DNA of 64,000 nucleotides from assembly GCA_040879685.1 (NCBI GenBank), contig JBBDJW010000012.1:14233-78232 (forward strand), in the 5' to 3' direction. Made by a program: the position numbers and the translations under genes. This stretch comes from Minisyncoccota bacterium. Lineage in GTDB: Bacteria > Patescibacteriota > Minisyncoccia > Phycocordibacterales > UBA2135. Below the pieces are notes generated by a model. That model made no database searches. It saw only the letters and a list, made by a program, of their open reading frames with translations, and was not told where the DNA came from. Each line of letters starts with the position of its first letter. The first letter of the stretch is position 1. Of this stretch, positions 29,934 to 38,951 are shown piece by piece.

Positions 29934-30110
29934 TTAAACTTTTGAGAAAAAGGCAGCAAGTGCGACCAAGAGAACTCCAACAACTGTTGCATAAGAGACA
30001 AAAAGTAAAGGGCCATCTTGCAGTGTATTTCCCAACCATGCCATAAAAATACCAGCCGTGGGGATAAGAATTACTGCGGCGATACCTGTTCGTACAACTC
30101 GTTCTTTCAT
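29934..30110 (-). CDS. Small hydrophobic protein (about 58 aa, two TM helices)
   Basis: Translates to MKERVVRTGIAAVILIPTAGIFMAWLGNTLQDGPLLFVSYATVVGVLLVALAAFFSKV and is followed by a terminator. It is below the ORF-track size cutoff. Confidence 0.35.
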   Translation of the reverse strand: MKERVVRTGIAAVILIPTAGIFMAWLGNTLQDGPLLFVSYATVVGVLLVALAAFFSKV

Positions 30111-30165
30111 GAGAGAAGTCCTTTGCAGAGGATCTTATCTTAGCGTACGCTCTAAAAAAAACTTG

Positions 30166-30528
30166 TCAATTCAGATGTTTTGTACACGTCGTTGCCGCCG
30201 GGTTTGCCTCAAGCCGCTTCTCTTCTACTCTCCCTCCCCCTACTGAACAAATGCCATACGTTCCCTCATTGATGCGAGAGAGCGCTCCGCGTACATTATT
30301 TAATCGCTCTTCAAGTGTTTCAGTAATAGCAACGCGTTCCTCATAGTCTTCTTGCCTGTCGGCGGCGAGGTTTTTGTCGGCGCTTTCTTGAGGCCCGTTT
30401 CCTTTTTCCGGGTCAGCAACCCAGTCAGAAGGATTATTTGGGTTGACATGCCCCATGTCCGCTAGTTCTTTTTCAAGAAGAGTTTTTTCTTTAAGAAGTT
30501 TTTCTTTAAATTTTTCTGTATCAATCAT
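30166..30528 (-). CDS. DksA/TraR-family zinc-finger-like protein (coiled-coil N-terminus, degenerate C-terminal finger)
   Basis: A coiled-coil followed by a GTYGICSVGGG...C motif, resembling DksA/TraR proteins with reduced Cys content. Start chosen at the internal Met. Confidence 0.5.
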   Translation of the reverse strand: MIDTEKFKEKLLKEKTLLEKELADMGHVNPNNPSDWVADPEKGNGPQESADKNLAADRQEDYEERVAITETLEERLNNVRGALSRINEGTYGICSVGGGRVEEKRLEANPAATTCTKHLN

Positions 30529-30567
30529 TATCTCTATTGTAGAGAAATAATGCCCGCAAGGCAAATC

Positions 30568-31731
30568 TTATCGTGCCACACTTTGTTTAAGACGTTTTGT
30601 GATTTCATCAAATGTTATCTCATGGGTGCTTATAAGAAGTACCCCGCGATCAATAAAAGCATAGAGAAGAACAACCTCTCCCTCTGCGTCAAGGAGAATA
30701 CGAACGTCTTGGTTTTTTATTACCGAATCCTTGAAAAACGCACTGGAGAAGATTCGTTGTTTTTCTTGAGAAATTGAAAAAAGGGAGGAAAGGTCTTCAA
30801 TCAGTGTTTCTTCCCATTCAAGCATTCCGGAAAATGTATTTCCATAGTCGTTGACTTTAAAAAGAAGGAAGGGGTTATTTTGTACAAAGGAATGTATGCC
30901 AAAGACAAAGAAGGGATCTACTGCCCGTATAAAAAGAGACGGCGGTTGCATGCGCAAAAGAGAAGCGAGTTCGGCAAAGGTAAGGCGTGTTTCCTTTAAA
31001 GTGCCTTCAATATTTCCTTCCTCATATGCTCGTTCTCGCACTACCAGGTAGATGTGCTCCACGGTGTTGATAGGAAAACTCGCCATCTTTATTTCTTGAG
31101 AAGTTTTTTGAGTAATCTCCCCCCCCGTCTTTTTTTCAAGAGATATTTTTTTTGCCTCCTCAATAAAAATAATATCTTTTGATGCAGTTGGAATTTCACC
31201 GCTTCTTTTTGGTGTATCGGAGGTGAAAAAAAGAGAAACGAGGAAGAAGCCACCAAGCGCTGTAAGTATCACTGCGACAGCAACAAGACCTAGAGTTTTT
31301 TTATTCGTTGAAAACGATATTTGAGGAGCTATTTTTAAAGATACCCCATCTCGTTTCCTTTGCTCGGCAATAACCATGCTTGAAAGAGAGTTTTTTCCTC
31401 TCTTTACACTTTGTGCAACATCTCCTGCGTAGGTTCGTAGTGAGGGTAAAAAAGATTTTTCTTTTTTGATGGCATCGGAGGGAGATGGAGTTTTCAGTAT
31501 CTCTTCTGCAGGGCTTGATAATTGTGGCGCGTTAAGGTTTCTTTTATTGTCGGACTCTTCACGACCTGAGTCTGGTGTTATTATCTCCGGCTTAATTTCT
31601 GACACAGCGCCCTCCTCTCCTTCTTTTTTTTGCGGAGTGATTTCAAGTGGGGCGGGAGTGGTATGTTTTCCTAGAGTAGTCTTTTTTTCTTGGGAAACAC
31701 CTTCTTCCTTGTGTTCTTTTTCGTTCTCCAT
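30568..31731 (-). CDS. Hypothetical membrane protein (acidic N-terminus, single central TM, extracytoplasmic C-domain)
   Basis: TM segment LGLVAVAVILTALGGFFLVSLFF. No motif recognised. Confidence 0.45.
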   Translation of the reverse strand: MENEKEHKEEGVSQEKKTTLGKHTTPAPLEITPQKKEGEEGAVSEIKPEIITPDSGREESDNKRNLNAPQLSSPAEEILKTPSPSDAIKKEKSFLPSLRTYAGDVAQSVKRGKNSLSSMVIAEQRKRDGVSLKIAPQISFSTNKKTLGLVAVAVILTALGGFFLVSLFFTSDTPKRSGEIPTASKDIIFIEEAKKISLEKKTGGEITQKTSQEIKMASFPINTVEHIYLVVRERAYEEGNIEGTLKETRLTFAELASLLRMQPPSLFIRAVDPFFVFGIHSFVQNNPFLLFKVNDYGNTFSGMLEWEETLIEDLSSLFSISQEKQRIFSSAFFKDSVIKNQDVRILLDAEGEVVLLYAFIDRGVLLISTHEITFDEITKRLKQSVAR

Positions 31732-31736
31732 AGAGG

Positions 31737-33854
31737 TTAGGAAGTTTTTGGTTGCTTGTCTTTAAAAAAAAGTGGGTCTGCTTGTTTGAGTGAGAGCGCG
31801 ATACGTCCTTTTTCATCAATTTCTTTTACTACAACAGGAACTCGGTCTCCTTCTTTGAGAAGCTCGTCTACTTTTTCTACCCGAAACGGAGCCATTTCTG
31901 AAACATGCACCAATCCTTCTGTGTAAGGAGAGATGCGAACAAATGCGCCAAAGTCTACAATCTTTACTACCTCTCCGGTAAACCGCTCCCCTTTCTGATA
32001 GACGTGTGTGAGCTGTTCAATAATTTCCTTTGCTTTCTCCACACCCTCTCCCTTCCCTATAATATACACAAGACCATCATCTTCAATATCAATTTCAGTT
32101 CCTGTTTTTTCAATAATACCATTAATCATTTTTCCACCACCGCCAATGACAAGACCAATTTGACCTGGCTCTATTTTCAGTACAGTTATGTGTGGCGCTT
32201 TTTCTGAAACACTCTCTCGTGGTTTTGTAATTTCTTTTTCAATTACATCCAATACCTTCTCTCGCGCCTCTTTCGCCCTTACAAATGATTCCTCAAGAAT
32301 TGTGATGGGGATTGCATCAATCTTCACATCCATCTGGACAGCGGTAATACCTTCTCGTGTACCGGCAACTTTAAAATCCATATCACCATGATGGTCCTCC
32401 GGTCCTTGGATGTCGGTTAAAATTTTATAATTATTTTCATCTTTATACATTAAGCCCATTGCCATTCCTGCAACAGGAGCTTTTATCGGCACACCTCCGT
32501 CCATAAGCGCAAGCGTTGAGCCACACACTGATGCCATAGAAGTTGAGCCATTTGATGCAAGCGCTTCGGAAACGACGCGGATAGTATAAGGAAAAGATTC
32601 TTTAGAAGGAAGAACAGGTACCAACGCTTTCTCGGCAAGTGCGCCATGGCCGATCATTCGGCGGTTTACTCCGCCGATACGTCCTGTTTCACCAACAGAA
32701 AAAGGAGGAAAATTATAATGATGCATATAGCGTTTCTCTCGTTGCTCCTCCATTCCTTCCACAAGTTGTCCACTCTTTGGTCCGGCAAGGGTAAGCATAG
32801 AGAGTACATGAGTACCTCCGCGATAAAACATTCCACTCCCATGAATAACATTTGATATGCCGCCGACGCGTGCGTACAAAGGGCGAATCTCATCCATTCC
32901 CCTTCCATCTGCACGACGTTCATGCGAGATTGCTTCTTCGTGGAGAAGCTTGTTCACCTCTTCTTCATAATGCTCTCGTGCACGGGAGCGATTTGTTTCA
33001 GGAAGGATCTCTTCTACAAGGAGAAGCCATTCTTTTTCAAGTTCGCTGATTGCCTTTTTGCCCTTCTTGTTATTAAATACCGCATTAGTTAGTTGTGGCG
33101 CGACCTCTTTTTTAAAAAGTTCTTTTGCTTCCCCAGAAAGTGTTTCAGAGGAGAGCAACATCTTTTCATTTCCTATTCTCTCTATAATCTTTTTTTGAAA
33201 TACTTGCAGTTTTTCTATTTCTACAGAAGCTTCTTTAAGTGTCTCTCCCATTTTCTCTTCATTCACTTCATGCGCTTCAGCATCAATCATATTAATCTTT
33301 CCATCCTTTCCACAAACAATTGCTTCAAGAAGAAGCCCGGAGACACGTTCCTTGTATGAAGGGTTTACAATAAAACCTCCTTCATTTTTTACTCCTATAC
33401 GAACACCTGAGAGTGGTCCTCCCCAAGGAATATTTGAAACACCAAGCGCAAGTGACGCACCAATGAGAGAAATGACATCAGGGTCGTCTTCACCAAAAGA
33501 GAGAACGGTAATTACTACTTGCACCTCTTTCCGTATGTGTGATGGAAAAAGAGGGCGAATGGTACGGTCAATAACACGACCGGTTAGCGTGGCTTCTTCA
33601 GAAGGTCGTCCTTCGCGCCTCATATAGCGACTTCCTAAAATTTCTCCCGCGGCATAGAAGCGCTCTTCATAATCAACAGTAAGTGGGAAAAAATCTATAC
33701 TCGTGCGTTCTTCGTCTGAGATGGTTGCCGTTGCCAGAATAGAGGTGTCCCCATATGAAATAATAACAGAGCCATTTGCTTGCTCAGCGAGGTCGGAAAA
33801 ATGCGCTCGGAGTTTCTTTCCCCCCACCTCTATTTCAAATGTTGTTTCTTTCAT
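31737..33854 (-). CDS. pnp: Polyribonucleotide nucleotidyltransferase (PNPase)
   Basis: Two RNase PH domains (RADGRGMDEIRP), KH and S1 domains; 705 aa. Confidence 0.9.
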   Translation of the reverse strand: MKETTFEIEVGGKKLRAHFSDLAEQANGSVIISYGDTSILATATISDEERTSIDFFPLTVDYEERFYAAGEILGSRYMRREGRPSEEATLTGRVIDRTIRPLFPSHIRKEVQVVITVLSFGEDDPDVISLIGASLALGVSNIPWGGPLSGVRIGVKNEGGFIVNPSYKERVSGLLLEAIVCGKDGKINMIDAEAHEVNEEKMGETLKEASVEIEKLQVFQKKIIERIGNEKMLLSSETLSGEAKELFKKEVAPQLTNAVFNNKKGKKAISELEKEWLLLVEEILPETNRSRAREHYEEEVNKLLHEEAISHERRADGRGMDEIRPLYARVGGISNVIHGSGMFYRGGTHVLSMLTLAGPKSGQLVEGMEEQREKRYMHHYNFPPFSVGETGRIGGVNRRMIGHGALAEKALVPVLPSKESFPYTIRVVSEALASNGSTSMASVCGSTLALMDGGVPIKAPVAGMAMGLMYKDENNYKILTDIQGPEDHHGDMDFKVAGTREGITAVQMDVKIDAIPITILEESFVRAKEAREKVLDVIEKEITKPRESVSEKAPHITVLKIEPGQIGLVIGGGGKMINGIIEKTGTEIDIEDDGLVYIIGKGEGVEKAKEIIEQLTHVYQKGERFTGEVVKIVDFGAFVRISPYTEGLVHVSEMAPFRVEKVDELLKEGDRVPVVVKEIDEKGRIALSLKQADPLFFKDKQPKTS

Positions 33855-33885
33855 AGATAATTTTTAGTGTAGCAGAACTCCAACA

Positions 33886-33963
33886 AAAAAACGAACCCAG
33901 CCCCAGTTTTATGAAAAAGAAATTTCAATCTCTTAAAACTGGGGCTGGGTTCGTTTTTTTTTA
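33886..33963. terminator. Long hairpin (21-bp perfect stem AACGAACCCAGCCCCAGTTTT/AAAACTGGGGCTGGGTTCGTT, about 25-nt loop) flanked by A/T runs; terminator for the NYN gene and insulator between the NYN gene and pnp
   Basis: The inverted repeat and T-run were read directly from the sequence. Confidence 0.55.
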
Positions 33964-34503
33964 TTTTTTCTTCGTTGCTCGTTTTCGTGTCGCTCGTCCT
34001 TTGATGAGAAACTTTTTCTGATGTTCGCCGATGTCTATAAAGTCATCGGCAACTTCTTTCAAAGACGAAGAGGTGCTTTTTGAAAACGCAATGACCTCAA
34101 CTTGACACCCTTCATTCATTTTTAAATATTGAACGAGAGGGATAAAGTCGCCATCACCAGAAATAATAATTATCGTATCAAGCTTTGGCGCTATAGTGAT
34201 TGCGTCAATTGCAAGGCCAACATCCCAGTCTGCTTTTTTTGCACCGCCATAAAAAATTTGAAGCGGTTTTGTTTTTGTTTCAATCCCTGCTTTTAAAAGT
34301 GCATCAAAAAAACTTTGCTCCTCACCGGACTCTGTTGTAATGACATAGGCGAGTGCGCGAATAAGTTGTCGTCCGGCGACTGCTTCGTTTAAAAGTGCAT
34401 CAAAATTAACGCGGGCATTATGAAGATTGCGTGCGCTGTGATAGAGATTTTGTGAATCAATAAACACACCCACACGCTGAGTTTTGTGTTTTATAATAGA
34501 CAT
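33961..34503 (-). CDS. NYN/LabA-like (PIN-like) domain protein
   Basis: VFIDSQNLYHSAR ... DWDVGLAIDAI ... IISGDGDFIPLV matches NYN/DUF88 conserved blocks. Confidence 0.7.
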   Translation of the reverse strand: MSIIKHKTQRVGVFIDSQNLYHSARNLHNARVNFDALLNEAVAGRQLIRALAYVITTESGEEQSFFDALLKAGIETKTKPLQIFYGGAKKADWDVGLAIDAITIAPKLDTIIIISGDGDFIPLVQYLKMNEGCQVEVIAFSKSTSSSLKEVADDFIDIGEHQKKFLIKGRATRKRATKKK

Positions 34504-34695
34504 AAAAATTCAGTCAGTAGTTGGTAGTAAACCATAGATGGTACTCGTTGTTATACTAACCGAGCATATTTTTATGCATCTGCTTACTACTGACCACTCA
34601 CTATTTACTAATAAAACGATGGCGAGAAAAAGGAGAGTTGTTTGTTGTGTGTATGAAAAATTTGCAAAACTGCTCCACAGATGCGGAGCAGTTTA

Positions 34696-34962
34696 TTATC
34701 TTTTAAGCCCTGCCTTTTTTACAACGGCGTTGTAACGGCTTGTGTTTTTCTTTTTCAAATAATTAAGATGTGATTGTCTGTCGGCAACCACCTGGAGCAA
34801 CCCCCTTCGGGAGTGCTTGTCTTTACGATTTTTCTTAAGGTGGTCGGCTAGGTCGGTGATTTTTTGGGTCAAGAGGGCAATTTGCACCTCGGGAGATCCG
34901 GTGTCACCCTCTTTTCTGGCGAACTCCTTAACAATTTTTACTTTCTCTACTTTTTTAGCCAT
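34696..34962 (-). CDS. rpsO: 30S ribosomal protein S15
   Basis: GSPEVQIALLTQKITDLADHLKKNRKDKHSRRGLL matches the S15 signature. Start chosen at the internal Met (MAKKVEK); a terminator hairpin AAACTGCTCC...GGAGCAGTTT lies just downstream (34662-34690). Confidence 0.85.
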   Translation of the reverse strand: MAKKVEKVKIVKEFARKEGDTGSPEVQIALLTQKITDLADHLKKNRKDKHSRRGLLQVVADRQSHLNYLKKKNTSRYNAVVKKAGLKR

Positions 34963-35050
34963 CGTACGTGCTACTATATCAAAAACATCACCATAAGTCA
35001 AGTTTTTGTCAAAAAAGCCCAAATCCCCCGTGTTATACTTCGGAAGTATA

Positions 35051-35076
35051 ACACGACGCGATTGAGCGCCGTCTGT
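35051..35076. repeat. 26-bp palindrome GTGTTATACTTCGGAAGTATAACACG (copy 1 of 2 identical copies)
   Basis: An identical 26-mer is also at 43168-43193. It belongs to the CTTCGGAAG/CTTCCGAAG-core palindrome family. Confidence 0.6.
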
Positions 35077-35152
35077 AACTTTCGGAAAGTTACAGACATA
35101 ATTTAGACTAAACCCTTGAAAAACAACGCTATTTGGAGGTTGGATTACCCCA

Positions 35153-35183
35153 CCGCCTGTGCACTTCCGAAGTGCACAGGCGG
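35153..35183. repeat. 31-bp perfect palindrome CCGCCTGTGCACTTCCGAAGTGCACAGGCGG
   Basis: Same CTTCCGAAG core as the 26-mer. A hybrid half-site ATACTTCCGAAGTGCA occurs at 12362-12377. Confidence 0.55.
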
Positions 35184-35238
35184 TTGGGTGTCCAGTTTCT
35201 AGTACCCTAACAACCTAAAACCTGATAAGCTAAAGGTA

Positions 35239-36156
35239 ATGTCGCACAATATTTATGACCTCAAACGCCAGTTTTTGGAGCATCTAGAGATTGAAAAGGG
35301 GAGAAGTTTACATACGGTTTCAAACTACGACCGCTACCTCTCAAAATTCATAGAATTTAGCACGATAAAAAAGCCTTCAGATATTACTGATGATGTAGTG
35401 CGAGAGTTCAGGCTCTGGCTTAACCGGCGAAAGGGTGTGGGTGGAGGAGCTCTTTCTAAAAAGACACAAAATTACCACCTCATCGCGCTTCGCGGCTTTC
35501 TTAAATATCTTCACAGGCGCGAAATCAAGACGCTCTCTCCCGATCGTATTGATCTTGCAAAAACAGGAGACCGCGACCTAGACCTTATTTCAATAGAAGA
35601 ATTAACGCGACTTTTGCAGGCTCCACAAGGAGAAGGTCTCAAAGAGCGGCGCGACAAAGCGCTTTTAGAGCTTTTGTTTTCAACGGGAATGCGCATCTCG
35701 GAGCTCTGTTCGCTCTCACGCTCTATAGATCTTTCTCGCGATGAGCTCTCAATCCGTGGAAAGGGAGAAAAGGTGCGGCTCGTCTTTATCTCAAAGGAAG
35801 CGCGCGAGGCACTAAAACGTTACCTAGAGAAAAGAATAGACCTAGATGAGGCACTTTTTATACCTATTGGGAGAGAGACATCTGGAAAAGAGGCAGAATT
35901 GCGCCTCACTCCCCGTTCGGCGCAGAGAATTGTAAAGCACTATGCACTAGAGGCCGGGATTGACAAGAAGGTGACCCCGCATGTGATACGGCACAGCTTC
36001 GCGACAGACCTCCTGCAAAATGGCGCTGACATCCGCTCCGTGCAGGTCCTTTTAGGGCATGCCAATATCACGACAACGCAGGTCTATACTCACGTGACCG
36101 ATACCCATCTCAAAGATATCCACAAAAATTTCCACAATAAGCGTAAAAAAGAGTAG
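35239..36156 (+). CDS. xerC: Tyrosine site-specific recombinase XerC/XerD family
   Basis: N-terminal SAM-like domain and C-terminal catalytic HVIRHSFATDLL ... LLGHANITTTQVYTHV with the Tyr nucleophile. Confidence 0.85.
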   Translation: MSHNIYDLKRQFLEHLEIEKGRSLHTVSNYDRYLSKFIEFSTIKKPSDITDDVVREFRLWLNRRKGVGGGALSKKTQNYHLIALRGFLKYLHRREIKTLSPDRIDLAKTGDRDLDLISIEELTRLLQAPQGEGLKERRDKALLELLFSTGMRISELCSLSRSIDLSRDELSIRGKGEKVRLVFISKEAREALKRYLEKRIDLDEALFIPIGRETSGKEAELRLTPRSAQRIVKHYALEAGIDKKVTPHVIRHSFATDLLQNGADIRSVQVLLGHANITTTQVYTHVTDTHLKDIHKNFHNKRKKE

Positions 36157-36163
36157 CTTGACT

Positions 36164-36230
36164 CCCACGCTGAAATGTATGAAGTTTTAGGAAACGCGCC
36201 TTCGGCGCATCATATATTTCAGCGTTGGGG
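36164..36230. repeat. About 67-nt structured repeat element, copy A (outer stem CCCACGCTGAAATGTATGA/TCATATATTTCAGCGTTGGGG enclosing a GCGCC-UUCG-GGCGC hairpin)
   Basis: It is about 85% identical to the reverse complement of the element at 49926-49994. Confidence 0.6.
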
Positions 36231-36259
36231 TTGACAACATTTTCTATATCTTGTAGAAT
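36231..36259 (+). promoter_or_regulatory. Sigma70-like promoter (TTGACA - 17 bp - TAGAAT) upstream of the NUDIX gene
   Basis: Consensus -35 at 36231-36236 and near-consensus -10 at 36254-36259. Confidence 0.55.
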
Positions 36260-36293
36260 GCGGGGAGATTGAATCTAGACACGGAGGTGTCTG

Positions 36294-36992
36294 ATGAATA
36301 CACTCTGTTCTTACAAAAGGGAGGATGCAGTTCCTCCTCCTGGGGCAATGGAAAATGATTACCCCTCGCGTGCCTCCTCAATTATTTGTTTTCACTTTAT
36401 AGAAGGGAGGCTTTGTGTCAAAGCTGTTCTTCAGAGAAGGAGAGAGAAGGAAAATAAATGGGGCCTTCCCGGAGGTAAACGCCAGATGATTAGGGTTAGG
36501 GAAAGATGGGAGAGCCCAATTGAAAACGCAATACGGGAGACCAAAGAAGAGACAGGATATGTCTTTCCTCCTGAAGCACTCTACGAGCTTCCTGTTTATG
36601 AGAAAGTTGACGAGTACGGGATGCCGTACAACCACCACCTTTTTGTGGGGATGTTTGCGAGCGTTTCTGCCCACGACAAAAAGCTCGTCTTTATGGAGGA
36701 AATCGCAAAGCAGGACTGGTTTGATGTTCTCTCGGTCATTACACAAGAAGACCGAAGGATGCTCTCATATCACGCCAGGCATGTCGCGGTAGCGCTTCGT
36801 GCTGTCTTTGAGGCTAAGATGGATAGTCTCCCTCGTGACATGGTGAGGGAGTTTGCTAGTGAAATTAAGCATTCTCTCTCATCAAAAGAAGAGCGTGAGA
36901 AAAAGACCGAGTACATTAAATCTCTCGGCGAGGTGTGGGAGAAGGATGAGTACATCACTTCTCTTGAACGCATCGCACCCTCTGATTTTTGA
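36294..36992 (+). CDS. NUDIX hydrolase
   Basis: Nudix box GLPGGK...PIENAIRETKEETGY. The start may instead be the internal Met at 36348. Confidence 0.7.
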   Translation: MNTLCSYKREDAVPPPGAMENDYPSRASSIICFHFIEGRLCVKAVLQRRREKENKWGLPGGKRQMIRVRERWESPIENAIRETKEETGYVFPPEALYELPVYEKVDEYGMPYNHHLFVGMFASVSAHDKKLVFMEEIAKQDWFDVLSVITQEDRRMLSYHARHVAVALRAVFEAKMDSLPRDMVREFASEIKHSLSSKEEREKKTEYIKSLGEVWEKDEYITSLERIAPSDF

Positions 36993-37058
36993 AAGGGGGT
37001 GGGAAAGTGTTATTATGGCCTAGAAATTGCGCACGCAATTTCTGGGCCTTTCTTTTTG

Positions 37059-38528
37059 CTATTTAACCCAGTGTTTTTTGCGAATCTCCTCAATTTCTCG
37101 CTCTTCCTCCTCCTCTTTTTTTCTCCTCCCCTTCTCGCCGAGCCCTTGAAGATCTGCATCAGAGAGCTTTGTCAATTCAAGCGCCCGTTTTTCTAGATAT
37201 TCCTTGTTGTTTTGTATTGGGTCATCAAGCACCTCCTCCAAGAGGGCGTGGAGAATAAAGCCAATTCGTGGTCCCGGTTTCTCACTAGACATTTCCATCA
37301 ATCTATCCCCCGAAAGGGCGAGCATGCCGACAGAAACCGGTGCCCGCGCCGCCTCTTCTATCATAGATTCATACTTACGCAAGCGATAAGGCTTCTCTTT
37401 GGGTCGTCCCATACCGATTCGGTCACAGGCGCGCACTTTCATAAGATCCCAAACATTGTCAGGACCAACATTGCGCACAAGCCGCCGCACCGCAGAGAGT
37501 GTTATTTGGTCAATATCACTAAAAAAGAGATGCCAACGAACAAGTTTTGAACAGGTCTCAATAATAGAGCGAGAATATTTAAGGCGCGAGAGGATTTTTT
37601 TAGTTGTCCTCCCTCCCACCACGTCATGCCCGTAGAATGTCCAGTCGTTTTTTTCCTTATACCACCTTCGTGTTTCCGGCTTTGAGACGTCATGAAAAAG
37701 AGCCGCGAGCCTTATGTGGAGAGGCCATTTCCGCTCCCCAGCATGAGCAAGTGCCCGAAGATTGTGCTCCCAAACATGATAGATATGGTCTCCATTCTGC
37801 TCAACTCCAATGCCCGCTTCAAGCTCCGGAGCGATATACTTCAAGAACCCATATTCATGCAAGAGCAAAATCCCCTCCTTTGGATACTCTGAAAGAATAA
37901 TTCGTGAAAACTCATCACGAACACGCTCAATGGCAATTTCCTGAAGGTTTCTCGCGTGTTTTTTTATCGCCTCGCGTGTTTTTTCTTCTATAGTAAAAGC
38001 TGTTTCTGTTGCTATACGAATCGCCCTCATAATGCGCAGAGCATCTTCATAGAAACGCTCATCAGGGTCTCCCACAGCGCGGATTATTTTGTCCTTTATA
38101 TCGTCTTGTCCTTTATAAGGGTCTTTAATTTTGTCCTTTATAGGGTCATAGGCAATTGCATTTATGGTAAAATCCCTTCTCTTAAGGTCATCTTCAAGAT
38201 TTTTGGCGAAGGTTACTTTATTGGGACGGCGCTTATCATCATAGACGCCTTCAATGCGATAGGGAGTTACTTCAACAACTTCAAGTGTTTTATCTTCAAC
38301 TCCCTCGTTGACAACACCAACGGTGCCATACTCGTTTTCATAAAAAGTCTTTGGAAAAAGGGCGATGATCTGCTCAGGGGTTGCTCTGGTGGTGATATCC
38401 CAATCCTTTGGTTTTTTACCCATAATAAGGTCTCGTACACAGCCCCCCACCAAAAAGGCCTCAAAACCAGCGTTTTGGAGGATGAGTGTTATTCGTGAAA
38501 CCTCTACAGGAATACTCTGTTGGTTCAT
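37059..38528 (-). CDS. cca: CCA-adding enzyme / poly(A) polymerase family nucleotidyltransferase with HD domain
   Basis: GGCVRDLIMGKKPKDWDI polymerase-beta-like head and an HD motif (LAALFHDVSKPETR). Confidence 0.85.
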   Translation of the reverse strand: MNQQSIPVEVSRITLILQNAGFEAFLVGGCVRDLIMGKKPKDWDITTRATPEQIIALFPKTFYENEYGTVGVVNEGVEDKTLEVVEVTPYRIEGVYDDKRRPNKVTFAKNLEDDLKRRDFTINAIAYDPIKDKIKDPYKGQDDIKDKIIRAVGDPDERFYEDALRIMRAIRIATETAFTIEEKTREAIKKHARNLQEIAIERVRDEFSRIILSEYPKEGILLLHEYGFLKYIAPELEAGIGVEQNGDHIYHVWEHNLRALAHAGERKWPLHIRLAALFHDVSKPETRRWYKEKNDWTFYGHDVVGGRTTKKILSRLKYSRSIIETCSKLVRWHLFFSDIDQITLSAVRRLVRNVGPDNVWDLMKVRACDRIGMGRPKEKPYRLRKYESMIEEAARAPVSVGMLALSGDRLMEMSSEKPGPRIGFILHALLEEVLDDPIQNNKEYLEKRALELTKLSDADLQGLGEKGRRKKEEEEEREIEEIRKKHWVK

Positions 38529-38536
38529 TGTTGTTG

Positions 38537-38607
38537 TGCGGATACGGAGAATCGAACTCCGATCTTATCCTTGGCAAGGATACGTTCTACCACTAAACTA
38601 TATCCGC
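38537..38607 (-). tRNA. tRNA-Gly (anticodon GCC), no encoded CCA
   Basis: The cloverleaf folds by hand: acceptor GCGGATA/TATCCGC, anticodon stem TATCC/GGATA with loop TTGCCAA, and T-arm CGGAG-TTCGATT-CTCCG. Confidence 0.85.
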
Positions 38608-38711
38608 GGTTAGTTGCTAAGTACCTAAGTATATCCTAGGTGAAGTATTTCCCGCAAGGTTTTTTGTTAAACTCTATATTTTAATGTATAATTCAGCGAC
38701 TGGATTATAGT

Positions 38712-38783
38712 GCTCTCGTGGTGAAATGGATATCACAGCGGTCTTCGGAACCGCCGTTGGGGGTTCGAGTCCCTTCGAGAGCA
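38712..38783 (+). tRNA. tRNA-Arg (anticodon UCG), no encoded CCA
   Basis: Acceptor GCTCTCG/CGAGAGC, anticodon stem GCGGT/ACCGC with loop CTTCGGA, and T-loop TTCGAGT. Confidence 0.75.
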
Positions 38784-38951
38784 TAAAAATAAGGAGAAAA
38801 ATGCGAGGTATTTGGTGACTATATTTTTAGCGAATCGGAGAGACTCGAACCGAGCGCCGGCGAAGCTGTCTGAAAGACACGGCGCGAGTGGAGGCTAAGG
38901 GAATGAGATTATTTTGAGTTTGAAAAACGAAAAATAATCCATGAGAGTAGC

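Noticed and set aside
38365-38613. 82-aa ORF from the six-frame track on the plus strand
   Set aside because: It overlaps the 5' end of cca on the opposite strand and the tRNA-Gly(GCC) gene. It has no RBS or motif and is spurious.
38790-38950. Interval between the tRNA-Arg direct repeats considered as a tRNA, tmRNA or tRNA-Sec gene
   Set aside because: A T-arm-like fragment is present, but no matching acceptor, D or anticodon arms could be assembled on either strand. I treat it as a degraded fragment pending a covariance search.
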